From the NCBI GenBank assembly GCA_039806935.1, contig JBDHQH010000005.1:4939-68938 (forward strand): DNA of 64,000 nt, written 5' to 3'. A model generated the notes under the pieces. That model saw only the letters and a list, made by a program, of their open reading frames with translations. It had not been told where the DNA came from and did not search any database. Each line of letters opens with the position of its first letter. Position 1 is the stretch's first letter. This document shows, piece after piece, positions 1 to 8,900 of this stretch. A program made the position numbers and the translations under genes. The DNA comes from Verrucomicrobiota bacterium. GTDB lineage: Bacteria; Verrucomicrobiota; Verrucomicrobiia; Limisphaerales; UBA8199.

Positions 1-1
1 G

Positions 2-181
2 CCGGCTCCGGCTTTGAAGCTTCAGGGCATTATTTTTCAGCCCGGCCGCTCCTCGGCCAACCTCAATGGGCGAGTCGTTTTTACGGGCGAGCGCGTGGGG
101 GAATGGCGGGTGGCGGAAATCACCCGCGACACCGTCACCCTGGCGGGGGCGGAAGGGAAGGTCGTGTTAAGTTTGCCGTGA
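2..181 (+). CDS. hypothetical protein, C-terminal fragment (5' end lies outside the window)
   Basis: The frame is open from the window edge to TGA 179-181 (..LKLQGIIFQPGRSSANLNGRVVFTGERVGEWRVAEITRDTVTLAGAEGKVVLSLP*). It is absent from the ORF track because it is 5'-open. Third-codon positions in this frame are G/C-rich. Confidence 0.4.
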   Translation, partial: PAPALKLQGIIFQPGRSSANLNGRVVFTGERVGEWRVAEITRDTVTLAGAEGKVVLSLP

Positions 182-224
182 CTTGGCGCAAAAAACCGGG
201 TACACACCCCGGCGTCAGCTCACG

Positions 225-902
225 ATGAGTTTATTGCGCAAACATCTCACCGCGTCCCCGGTTCAGGCCCGGTTCCTGCCCTTTTTCCTCTTTCTGATCC
301 CCATCATTGCCCAGGATTGGTTCGGCGAGACGGGGCGGTATTGGATTTACCTGGGGCGGACCGTTTTCGGCGCCTGGTGCTTGTGGGAAATGCGCTCGCT
401 GGTGCCGGAGATGCGGTGGAAAGTGAGCTGGGAAGGTTTCGCGGCCGGCGTTTTGGTGTTGGTGATCTGGGTGGGTCTCGATCCCTACATCCCGCCCAAC
501 CATTTGATTTTCAAGCCGGGGCCGGCGTGGAATCCCTTCGAGACCTACGGCCAGGAATCCGGCCTGGCCTGGTTTTTTTTTAGCGCGCGCGCGCTGGGCT
601 CGAGTTTGGTGGTGCCGCCGCTCGAGGAGGTTTTCTTCCGCTCGTTGATTTACCGCTATTTGATCAGTCCGAATTTCGAGAAAGTTCCCTTGAACCGTCT
701 GCACTGGGGTTCGCTGATTGTGACCTCCGTTATTTTCGGCTCCGAGCATTACCAATGGCTGGCCGGGATTCTGTGCGGGTTGATCTACCAGGCGCTGGTG
801 ATACGCAAGGGCCGCCTGGGCGACGCGATCTTCGCGCATGGCGTCACCAATTTTCTTCTGGCCCTTTACGTTGTCTGGAAGGGCGCCTGGGGGTTCTGGT
901 AG
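225..902 (+). CDS. CPBP family intramembrane glutamic endopeptidase (CAAX protease-like)
   Basis: Multi-TM protein with the CPBP motifs 'EEVFFRS', 'FGSEH' and 'HGVTN'. I prefer ATG 225 over TTG 183. Confidence 0.8.
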   Translation: MSLLRKHLTASPVQARFLPFFLFLIPIIAQDWFGETGRYWIYLGRTVFGAWCLWEMRSLVPEMRWKVSWEGFAAGVLVLVIWVGLDPYIPPNHLIFKPGPAWNPFETYGQESGLAWFFFSARALGSSLVVPPLEEVFFRSLIYRYLISPNFEKVPLNRLHWGSLIVTSVIFGSEHYQWLAGILCGLIYQALVIRKGRLGDAIFAHGVTNFLLALYVVWKGAWGFW

Positions 903-2056
903 GCGGCGGGGGAGCCGTTCGCAGGCGGGTTCGCGGTCGGTTCGCCCAGATTGGCGCGGACGAATCGGAGCAAGGCCGGCCAGATCTCCTCCTCGCGCAC
1001 GCCGGTGAGGCAGAACGGGGCGGGGAAACGGCAGTAATCCGAGCAGGGCTTGTAGGGGCAGGGTTTGCCTTCCCAACAGATGCCGCGCGGATGCATGGGG
1101 GCGAACCATTCCCATAGCTGCGGGCCGAAGAGAGTGAAGGGGGGAACTCCGCAGAAGGCCGCCAAATGCGCCGGGCCCGAGTCATTTCCGAGAAACACCC
1201 CCGCGCGATCGATGAGCTCCAGCAGTTCGGAAACTCTGCGCGGGGCGGCCACCCCCGTCTCCCCCCGCTCCAGCCACCAGGAGCGCTGATCCGGATCGCA
1301 GGCCACTTGCACGACGTACCCCAGTCCGCGCAGCCGGGATGCCACCGAAGCGTAGCGTTCCAAGGGCCAGACGCGCACCGGTTGTCCGGCGCCGCTATGG
1401 ACCAGAATTTCGCGGCCCGGCGGGCGCGGCGCGGCCAGCGCGTGCCGCGGCGGCAGCCGCAATCCCAGCGCCTCACCCATGGCGCGCCAGTGTTCGTACC
1501 GGTGGGCGGCCGGCTCCGGGCGGATCAACCGGTCGGTAAGAAACATTTCGCTGCGCCAGCGCGGAAAACCCAGGCGTCGGCGGACGCGCAAGATCCAAAG
1601 CAGCCAATGATCCCGCGGATCCCATCGTGCTGAGAGGCCCAGATCAAATCGATGCCGCGCCAGGCGGAAGATCGTCCGCCAGGGACACTTCCAGAGCTGG
1701 TACTTGCGCCGGAAAGCCGTCCAGGGCGCGACAAAGGAATGGACGGTCACGGCCGGCCAGAACCGCGCGCCGAGTTCTCGGGCGTAGGGTTTGGCCAGCA
1801 AAGTCACGTCGTAACGCTGGCTGGCCGCTTGCAGGAACGGAGTGGCAATCACGAGGTCGCCCAAGCCCCACAATTCCACAATCAGCAATCGCCGGCGCGG
1901 CGCCGTGGGAGGTTTTACCACCTCGGGGGAGCTTAAGGGCGGGGACGGCTCGTCCTCGCCCGGACGCTGGCGCGTGTCCGGAAAGTTCGCCTTCGTGGAA
2001 GACAGCGGCTCGACCATCCCGCTGGCCAGTAAAACGCACGGGGAAGCGGGTGGCAA
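866..2056 (-). CDS. glycosyltransferase family 9 (heptosyltransferase-like)
   Basis: GT9 hallmarks: 'LLIVELWGLGDLVIATP' at the N-terminus and 'FLGNDSGPAHLAA' near the C-terminus. It has a ~55-aa N-terminal extension, so the start is uncertain. It overlaps the CPBP gene convergently by 37 nt. Confidence 0.8.
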   Translation of the reverse strand: MPPASPCVLLASGMVEPLSSTKANFPDTRQRPGEDEPSPPLSSPEVVKPPTAPRRRLLIVELWGLGDLVIATPFLQAASQRYDVTLLAKPYARELGARFWPAVTVHSFVAPWTAFRRKYQLWKCPWRTIFRLARHRFDLGLSARWDPRDHWLLWILRVRRRLGFPRWRSEMFLTDRLIRPEPAAHRYEHWRAMGEALGLRLPPRHALAAPRPPGREILVHSGAGQPVRVWPLERYASVASRLRGLGYVVQVACDPDQRSWWLERGETGVAAPRRVSELLELIDRAGVFLGNDSGPAHLAAFCGVPPFTLFGPQLWEWFAPMHPRGICWEGKPCPYKPCSDYCRFPAPFCLTGVREEEIWPALLRFVRANLGEPTANPPANGSPAAYQNPQAPFQTT

Positions 2057-2060
2057 CCTC

Positions 2061-2705
2061 TTATTGCAAGCGCCGCACGATCACGACATTGGGGACCCGC
2101 GCCTCGGCCTGGACCACGAGGATGGGCCGCGTCAACGGCACCGGGTGAGGCGCGCGAACCGGGGTGGAGAGCAGGGCGGCCGGCGTGGGCGACGACGTCT
2201 CTTCGGCAGCGGCGAGGACGGGCAATTCCGCTTCCGGCTCCCGAACGATGATGGAGGAGGGGACTGGCGCCGCGGGCTGTTCGAGCGCGGGCTCGGGGAT
2301 CAGCGGCAGGCGAAAGGGCGGGGTCTGAAGCGGCACGGTCGAGGCGGGCACAATGAACAACCCGGCGGCGATCTCGGCGTCGTGCCGCAACGCCGCGGCC
2401 AGAATTTCGCTCGAGGCGCCCAAATCCCGCAACGCGATCAACTGATCTGGCGCGAGATTATAGGTCCCGGGGGTTTGCTCGATGTAGGGGAGGATGATCT
2501 CTTCGGCCACGCCGGCTTCGAGCAATCTGGCCAGTTCAAGCTGCCAGCAGGAGACAAAAGGTTCCGCCGCGGCGTGGAGGCGCGCGGCGGAGCGGTCGGA
2601 GAGCACTGGGGGCGGAGTTGCCGCGGAGGCTTGTGCGCCCGCCTCGCAGAGCGGAGCGGCGAGCGTCAGAACTGTCAAGCATAGGCTAAGCACCCGTGGT
2701 TTCAT
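2061..2705 (-). CDS. secreted hypothetical protein
   Basis: Signal peptide MKPRVLSLCLTVLTLAAPLCEAGA followed by a Pro/Ala-rich C-terminal half. The gene ends 4 nt upstream of the GT9 start. Confidence 0.6.
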   Translation of the reverse strand: MKPRVLSLCLTVLTLAAPLCEAGAQASAATPPPVLSDRSAARLHAAAEPFVSCWQLELARLLEAGVAEEIILPYIEQTPGTYNLAPDQLIALRDLGASSEILAAALRHDAEIAAGLFIVPASTVPLQTPPFRLPLIPEPALEQPAAPVPSSIIVREPEAELPVLAAAEETSSPTPAALLSTPVRAPHPVPLTRPILVVQAEARVPNVVIVRRLQ

Positions 2706-2758
2706 TCCTCAGTGCAACCATCCGACCAGGGGTTGGACGTCGGGCGGAACGGGCTTAT

Positions 2759-3514
2759 TCAGCGGAAAATCCAAGTTAACAGCGGCGCGAAGAGAAGCGA
2801 GGGCAGGTAATCGGCCACTTCGATTTTCTTCAACTCGAGGACGATCAACGAGACCGAGAAAATCAACAGGCCGGCGACGAGATTGACCGAGTCCAGCAAT
2901 TGGCCCCGCTCGAGGAAGGGTTGCAGCACCCGCAGGGCGAGCAGGGAGATGCTGCCCTGAAAAGCCAGCACCGGCAGGGCGGAAAGCAGGACGCCGGGGC
3001 CGAACAACCGGACGAAGCCGAACATGCCCAGGCCCTCGATCACCCCCTTCAGCGCCAGGGGATAAAAATAGCCGGAAAGGCCATCGGGCAGCGCGCCCAG
3101 AACGGCCAGGGGCGCCGCGCAAAACAGGATCGAGCAGACCTGAAAACCCTCCGCCGCGCGCGGCAGTCCGGAGGCGCCGGGTCGCTCCATCACCATCCGG
3201 GCGTAACGACCCGCGTGATTGGAGAAGCGCTGCAAACCGAGCAACCGTCCGACGGCTTTGCCCAGGCCCATGGCGACCAGGGTGATCAGCAATTGTTTGA
3301 TGACATGGAGGAAGGGGCCGGTGAAGCTGATCCAACTCAGGCGCAAGCCATAGAAGACCATGAAGGCGCCGAGGGTCACCTTGAGCCAGGTTTCCTGGGC
3401 TCGCGAGGGCCGCGGGTTGGCCAGCAACGCAAGGCTGCCGCCGAGCAAAATGCCCGCGACATTGAGGATGGTCCCGATCACGCCGGCATCATAATTTCCG
3501 CTGGCTGCGTTCAA
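2759..3514 (-). CDS. DUF554 family membrane protein (YdfK/YqgA-like)
   Basis: Polytopic membrane protein. N-terminal 'GTILNVAGILLGG' and the overall pattern match DUF554 from memory. Confidence 0.7.
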   Translation of the reverse strand: MNAASGNYDAGVIGTILNVAGILLGGSLALLANPRPSRAQETWLKVTLGAFMVFYGLRLSWISFTGPFLHVIKQLLITLVAMGLGKAVGRLLGLQRFSNHAGRYARMVMERPGASGLPRAAEGFQVCSILFCAAPLAVLGALPDGLSGYFYPLALKGVIEGLGMFGFVRLFGPGVLLSALPVLAFQGSISLLALRVLQPFLERGQLLDSVNLVAGLLIFSVSLIVLELKKIEVADYLPSLLFAPLLTWIFR

Positions 3515-3523
3515 AGTCCAAAC

Positions 3524-4810
3524 TCACGGACGCGAGAAGCCCGCTGGATCGGCCGCGGGGGCGGCGAGTTCGCCGTTTTCGCCGGCCAGCTTCCATTGGG
3601 AATCCTGGCGCAGGTAAATGGTCTGGCTGGGCATGGCCAACCGGATGTCCTCGGCATCGAGGCGGCGTTTGAGCTCGAGATTCAGGTGCTGAAAGCCCTC
3701 GATGTATTCCTTGAAATTCGTGGAATCCCACCAATGGATCACCAGCAGATTCATCGCCGAGGCCTCGAATTTATCGAAGCCAACCACCAGATCGACGGTT
3801 TTGGGATGCCGGCCATAGACCTCGCGGATGATGGCCATGGCTCGTTCCACCCGGTGCGCGGGAGTGGCCAGCGTGATCCCGAGGTTCATGACGGTTTTGA
3901 TGTTGGGCCGTTTGCTGACGTTGATGATGCTGGCGCTGGCCATGGTTTTGTTCGGGATTGCGACCAGATGGCCGTTGAGGTTGCGCACGCGGGTGCTGCG
4001 CAAACCGATGGCCTCGACCGTGCCATCGATCGAGTCGAGTTGGATGCGATCGCCGATGCGGAAGGGTTTGTCGGCGAAGATGGCCACCGCGCCGAACAGG
4101 TTCGCGAGCATATCCTGCGCGGCCAGGCCGACAGCCAGGCCGCCGATCGAGAGCGAGGCGAGCAGGCCGGTGGCGTTCATCCCGAGATTCTGCGAGGTGA
4201 CCAGCACCGCGACAATGACCACCACGATTTTGAAGGTCTTGCGCAGCATGGGGAGCAGATGCAGATCCAACACCGCCTCCTGCTGCGCCGCCTCGATCCG
4301 CCGCTGCCATACGCTCATGGAGAGATCGACGAGCTTCAGCGCGAGATAGGTCAGGGAGCAGGCGACCACGATTTTCAGGCCGTTCGAGACAAAATCGGCG
4401 GCCCAATCCGGCCATTCAAAGACGTGCAAACCGATGTGCAGCAGGATGACGAAGGTGATGACCGTGATCGGCCCGTGCAGCAGCTCGAGCAGGATATCGT
4501 CGAACCGGGTCCTGGTCTGGCGCGCCCAATGGCGGAGCTGCGTCAGGACGATCCAATCCAGCAGCTTGGCCGCATAGAAGGAGAGGACGATAAAAATCAA
4601 AAACGCCAGATAACGATGGAGCGGGTTGCCCAGCACCGGGGTTTGCAACCAGGGCAGGCGGTCCAGGCCGAAGGCCAGCCGGTCCATGAAGGCGCGTTCC
4701 GGGGCGGGGCCGGACGCTTCAGCCGCGGCGCAGGGCCGGGCGGCCCAGGCCAGCCAGAGCGGCAGGCACGGGAGCAATCGGCGAACAAACCATTTTGCAA
4801 GTCCTGGCAT
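3524..4810 (-). CDS. mechanosensitive ion channel family protein (MscS-like)
   Basis: N-terminal signal and TM helices, followed by the MscS beta-domain motif 'FRIGDRIQLDSIDGTVEAIGLRSTRVRNLNGHLVAIPN'. Confidence 0.85.
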   Translation of the reverse strand: MPGLAKWFVRRLLPCLPLWLAWAARPCAAAEASGPAPERAFMDRLAFGLDRLPWLQTPVLGNPLHRYLAFLIFIVLSFYAAKLLDWIVLTQLRHWARQTRTRFDDILLELLHGPITVITFVILLHIGLHVFEWPDWAADFVSNGLKIVVACSLTYLALKLVDLSMSVWQRRIEAAQQEAVLDLHLLPMLRKTFKIVVVIVAVLVTSQNLGMNATGLLASLSIGGLAVGLAAQDMLANLFGAVAIFADKPFRIGDRIQLDSIDGTVEAIGLRSTRVRNLNGHLVAIPNKTMASASIINVSKRPNIKTVMNLGITLATPAHRVERAMAIIREVYGRHPKTVDLVVGFDKFEASAMNLLVIHWWDSTNFKEYIEGFQHLNLELKRRLDAEDIRLAMPSQTIYLRQDSQWKLAGENGELAAPAADPAGFSRP

Positions 4811-4927
4811 ACGGAATTTTGAGCGGTGGAGAGTCTAAAGGTTGGGCGGGCGCCGGGCAAGCTGGAGTGGACGATCAGGCTCGGTCTAGCACTACACCCC
4901 ATCGCCCCGGGACGCGGCGAATGGTAA

Positions 4928-5377
4928 ATGAAATTCATGAAAAAGGAGATCGCTTCTATTTTGTTAATGTCGGCTGTGGCGGTCGCGCCGCTGGCTTTCA
5001 CCGGTTGCGCTGTGACCCAGGGCAGGGAGACCGTGGGCGCTTACGCGAAGGACAAGGAGATCGAGACGCGGATCAAGACCGCCATGTACGCCAGTCCGGA
5101 GGTCAAAGGCACTCAGGTTTCAGTCAGCGCGTTGAACGGCGTGGTTCAACTCAGCGGCTTCGCGGAGTCGCAGGAAGCCAAGAATCGGGCGGGCCAGATC
5201 GCGGAATCCGTGCCGGGGGTGGTGGCCGTGCATAACGACATCTTGCTCCCGACCGGGCGGCCAACGATCGGCAACCCGAACCAAAATCCGAACGAGCCGA
5301 ACACAAACCATTCCGAACCAAACACCAATCAGCAAAACCAGAATTCCTCCAGCGATCAGAACCAAAATCATCAGTAG
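4928..5377 (+). CDS. BON domain lipoprotein (OsmY-like) with an N/Q-rich tail
   Basis: Lipobox 'LAFTGC'. BON core 'IKTAMYASPEVKGTQVSVSALNGVVQLSGFAESQEAKNRAGQIAESVPGVVAVHNDI'. The C-terminal ~34 aa are Asn/Gln/Pro-rich. Confidence 0.8.
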   Translation: MKFMKKEIASILLMSAVAVAPLAFTGCAVTQGRETVGAYAKDKEIETRIKTAMYASPEVKGTQVSVSALNGVVQLSGFAESQEAKNRAGQIAESVPGVVAVHNDILLPTGRPTIGNPNQNPNEPNTNHSEPNTNQQNQNSSSDQNQNHQ

Positions 5378-5401
5378 ATCGCGGAACTGCCAACCGGTGG
5401 C

Positions 5402-5430
5402 TGGCGCCTGGCCCAGGCGCCAACTTTCCT
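5402..5430 (+). terminator. candidate intrinsic terminator after the BON gene
   Basis: GC-rich palindrome TGGCGCCTGG-C-CCAGGCGCCA (5402-5422) followed by the T-containing tract ACTTTCCTGT. Confidence 0.35.
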
Positions 5431-5437
5431 GTGTCTG

Positions 5438-6004
5438 ATGCCCGCCCAATCAAGGAAACAACAGAGGACCGCCGGCGCGGCGCTGTCCGCCAAGAGAGGC
5501 GGACGCCCGAAATCCTCGCTCCAAGACGCTTCGCGGAGCATGGCCCAATCGATGAATGAGGGCCAGTTGCGGGAATTGGCGAAGACGAGAGGCTGCAAGC
5601 TGCCCCAGAAAAAAGTTGAGGCGTGGGCAAGAGGATCTTCCCGCCGCCCTTGCGCCCGGTTTCAGAAATTCTTTGCAACCCGCGGGCGATGGGGTAGAAA
5701 TCGTCCATGGCTGAGGCGACCAAGCGAGGAGAGCAAACTTTCCGGGGCATACCGGTTTCGGCCGGGGTGTGCCGCGGGAGGATTCTTGTGCTGGGCCGGG
5801 ATCGTCCGAAGATCCTCCGTCGCGAGGTGGCGCCCGAGGTGGCGGGGGCGGAGATCGGGCGCTTGGAGCGGTCGCTGGTGCAGACGCGGCAGCAGATTTT
5901 GGAGGTTCAACGCCGGGTCAGCGAGCGGATGGGTTCGGAGGAGGGCAGTATTTTCGACGCCCACCTGCTGGTCCTGGAGGATCGCACGCTGCTGGATGAG
6001 GTGA
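5438..6004 (+). CDS. DUF3008-like small protein; the ORF runs on without the expected stop
   Basis: The first ~59 aa (MPAQSRKQQRTAGAALSAKRGGRPKSSLQDASRSMAQSMNEGQLRELAKTRGCKLPQKK) resemble the ~60-70 aa DUF3008 family from memory. The remaining ~125 codons are R/W/G-rich junk and overlap ptsI out of frame. See the findings. Confidence 0.45.
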   Translation: MPAQSRKQQRTAGAALSAKRGGRPKSSLQDASRSMAQSMNEGQLRELAKTRGCKLPQKKVEAWARGSSRRPCARFQKFFATRGRWGRNRPWLRRPSEESKLSGAYRFRPGCAAGGFLCWAGIVRRSSVARWRPRWRGRRSGAWSGRWCRRGSRFWRFNAGSASGWVRRRAVFSTPTCWSWRIARCWMR

Positions 6005-7479
6005 TCCGGATCATCCGGGAGGAACGCGTCACGGCGGAGTACGCCTTTCATTCGGTGGCCGAGCGCTACGCCGCGACGCTGGCGGCCATCGAGGATGATT
6101 ACCTGCGGGAGCGCGCCGCGGATATGCGGGACGTTACCGCCCGGGTGCTCAACAATCTTTTGGGCGTGGATTCCGAGTTTGACCTGCGGAACCTCAAGGA
6201 GCCGTGCATCATCATCAGCCGGGACCTGACGCCCTCGAACACCGCGCAACTGGACCGGCGTCAGGTGCTGGGCTTCGCCACGGACATCGGCAGCAAGACC
6301 TCGCACACGGCGATCATGGCTCGCTCGCTGCGCATCCCGGCGGTGGTCGGGTTGCGGGACATGAGTCAGCAAGTGGAGACGGGGCAATACGCGCTGCTGG
6401 ATGGCTTCAACGGGGTGGTGATCGTCAACCCGACCGACCAGGCGCTCTTCGAATACGGGCAGCTCCTGCGCCGGCAGGTCACGTTTCAGGAAAAACTGCG
6501 CGATATCCAGCTCAAGCCGGCGGTGACGCTGGACGGGCAGCGGGTGTTTCTCTCGGCCAACATCGAAAAACCGGCGGACGCGGAGGAGGTCAAAGATCAT
6601 GGCGCCGAGGGAGTGGGCCTGTTCCGCACGGAGTACCTTTACCTCAATCGCGAGCTGCCGCCGACCGAGGAGGAACAGTACACCGCCTACCGGGACGCGG
6701 CGCGGGCGCTGAAACCGCTGCCGGTGGTGATCCGCACCTGGGATTTGGGCGGGGATAAATTCATGGCGCACCTGCCCCAGGCGCGCGAAATGAACCCCTT
6801 TCTGGGCTGGCGGGCGATCCGGTTCTGCCTGCAACAGCGGGACATGTTTCGCGAGCAACTCCGCGCCGTGCTGCGCGCCAGCGCCGAGGGCAACATCAAG
6901 ATGATGTTTCCCATGATTTCCGGGCTGGAGGAATTGAAGCAGGCCATCGCGCTGGTCGAGGAATACAAAGGCGAGCTGCGCCGCGAGGGAGTTCCCTTCG
7001 ACGAACACCTCGAGCTTGGGGCGATGATCGAAACCCCCTCGGCGGTGATTGTGGCGGACTCGCTGGCCAAGCGCCTGAAGTTTTTCAGCATCGGCACGAA
7101 CGATTTGATTCAGTATTCGCTGGCGGTCGATCGCATGAACGAGAAGATCGCGCACCTTTACGAACCCACCCACCCGGCCATTGTGCGCCTGATCAAGGCG
7201 ACCATCGAGGCGGGGCATCGCCACAAAATCTGGGTCAGTGTTTGCGGCGAGATGGCCAGTGATCCGGTGCTGGCGCCGCTGCTGCTCGGCCTGGGGATCG
7301 ACGAGTTCAGCGCCGCGCCGCCCCTGGTGCCGTCCGTTAAATTCATCCTCCGCCGAATCAAACTTTCCGAAGCGAGGGAACTGGCGGAATTCGCCCTGCA
7401 ATCCGAATCCGCGGCGGAAATTCTCGCCCGTTGCCAGGATTTAGCGCGCCATGCGGCGCCCGGCTTGTTCGACAAGTGA
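5707..7479 (+). CDS. ptsI: phosphoenolpyruvate-protein phosphotransferase (PTS enzyme I)
   Basis: 590 aa. Active-site His region '[21 protein letters not shown]', '[11 protein letters not shown]' and the C-terminal PEP-utilising TIM-barrel motif '[12 protein letters not shown]'. Confidence 0.92.
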   Translation: MAEATKRGEQTFRGIPVSAGVCRGRILVLGRDRPKILRREVAPEVAGAEIGRLERSLVQTRQQILEVQRRVSERMGSEEGSIFDAHLLVLEDRTLLDEVIRIIREERVTAEYAFHSVAERYAATLAAIEDDYLRERAADMRDVTARVLNNLLGVDSEFDLRNLKEPCIIISRDLTPSNTAQLDRRQVLGFATDIGSKTSHTAIMARSLRIPAVVGLRDMSQQVETGQYALLDGFNGVVIVNPTDQALFEYGQLLRRQVTFQEKLRDIQLKPAVTLDGQRVFLSANIEKPADAEEVKDHGAEGVGLFRTEYLYLNRELPPTEEEQYTAYRDAARALKPLPVVIRTWDLGGDKFMAHLPQAREMNPFLGWRAIRFCLQQRDMFREQLRAVLRASAEGNIKMMFPMISGLEELKQAIALVEEYKGELRREGVPFDEHLELGAMIETPSAVIVADSLAKRLKFFSIGTNDLIQYSLAVDRMNEKIAHLYEPTHPAIVRLIKATIEAGHRHKIWVSVCGEMASDPVLAPLLLGLGIDEFSAAPPLVPSVKFILRRIKLSEARELAEFALQSESAAEILARCQDLARHAAPGLFDK

Positions 7480-7541
7480 TCTCCGGGATGCCGGGCAGGG
7501 CCGATCCGGAAATCTCGACGGAACCGGTCGTTCACCCTAGA

Positions 7542-8765
7542 ATGAGGGAAATGAGTTCGTCCGTGATTGACCCGTTGCCCGACGCGCAGGGCCATTTTGG
7601 CCCCTACGGGGGCCGGTATGTGCCGGAGACGCTGATGCATCCGCTGCAAGAGTTGGAGCGGGAATACTTCCGCGCGCAGGGGGACGCGGAATTTCAGCGC
7701 GAACTGGACTATTATTTGCGGGAGTTTTGTGGACGTCCGACTCCGTTGTATTTTGCCGAACGGCTGACGCGCGAGCTGGGGGGCGCCCGGATTTACCTTA
7801 AACGGGAGGATTTGCTGCACACCGGGGCGCACAAGATCAACAACTGCCTTGGACAGGTTCTGCTGGCGCGGCGCATGGGTAAAACGCGGGTGATCGCCGA
7901 GACCGGCGCGGGTCAGCATGGCGTGGCCACTGCCACCGTCGCCGCGATGTTCGGCCTCCGCTGCGTGATCTACATGGGCGCGGTGGATTGCGAACGCCAG
8001 GCGCTGAATGTTTACCGGATGAAGATGCTGGGAGCGGAGGTGGCGGCGGTCAAAGCCGGCCAACAGACGCTCAAGGAGGCGATCAACGAGGCCATGCGCG
8101 ACTGGGTCACCAACGTGCGCGGCACCCATTACATCCTGGGCACCGCTTATGGTTCGCATCCTTATCCGCTGATGGTGCGCAACTTCCAACGCGTGATCGG
8201 AGACGAGGCGCGCGAGCAGATTCTGGCGCGCGAGAACCGCCTGCCGGATCTTTTGATCGCGTGCGTGGGCGGCGGGTCGAACGCCATCGGGTTGTTCCAT
8301 CGTTTTCTGAATGATCCCACCGTGGAGATGATCGGGGTGGAGGCGGGCGGCGAGGGCCTCGCGACAGGCAAACATGCCGCGCGTTTTCAGGGCGGCTCGT
8401 TGGGAGTCTTGCAGGGAACCCGCTCATATCTTTTGCAGGATGAGTTTGGCCAGGTGCAACTGACGCACAGCATTTCGGCGGGACTGGATTACGCGGCGGT
8501 CGGGCCCGAGCACGCCTGGCTCAAGGACCATCAGCGGGTGGCATACACCTACGCCACCGATGAGCAGGCGCTCGAGGCCTTCACGCGGCTGGCGCGGCTG
8601 GAGGGCATCATTCCCGCCCTGGAAAGCGCCCATGCCATCGCCGAGGTCATCCGCCGGGCGCCCGCTCTGTCGCGGGATCATATTATCATCGCCAATCTCA
8701 GCGGCCGGGGAGACAAGGATGTCGCGCAGGTCGCCGCCAGGCTGGGGCTGTCCATGCCGGCGTGA
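7542..8765 (+). CDS. trpB: tryptophan synthase beta chain
   Basis: '[16 protein letters not shown]' and the PLP-lysine motif 'HTGAHKINN'. ATG 7542 (or 7551) is chosen because the 7431 start would overlap ptsI. No trpA is adjacent. Confidence 0.9.
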   Translation: MREMSSSVIDPLPDAQGHFGPYGGRYVPETLMHPLQELEREYFRAQGDAEFQRELDYYLREFCGRPTPLYFAERLTRELGGARIYLKREDLLHTGAHKINNCLGQVLLARRMGKTRVIAETGAGQHGVATATVAAMFGLRCVIYMGAVDCERQALNVYRMKMLGAEVAAVKAGQQTLKEAINEAMRDWVTNVRGTHYILGTAYGSHPYPLMVRNFQRVIGDEAREQILARENRLPDLLIACVGGGSNAIGLFHRFLNDPTVEMIGVEAGGEGLATGKHAARFQGGSLGVLQGTRSYLLQDEFGQVQLTHSISAGLDYAAVGPEHAWLKDHQRVAYTYATDEQALEAFTRLARLEGIIPALESAHAIAEVIRRAPALSRDHIIIANLSGRGDKDVAQVAARLGLSMPA

Positions 8766-8900
8766 AGGGCGGTCGAGGCAACGGCTGGTCCTTGCGTGCC
8801 AGACCACCATTTTGCCGAATGACGAGTGCCGGGTCGCCCGGGTGGGGGCGCAGCCGCCGCCCCTGCCGGATTTCGCACGGCCGGCAGGATGTGGCGCGGT

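Noticed and set aside
2900-4822. 640-aa plus-strand ORF
   Set aside because: It is antisense to the DUF554 and MscS genes, both of which have clear domain signatures. The translation is low-complexity (G/A/Q/R/D/H-rich) with no motif. This is a typical GC-rich shadow ORF.
5662-7401. 579-aa minus-strand ORF
   Set aside because: It is antisense to ptsI and is an R/H/P/L/Q-rich shadow ORF.
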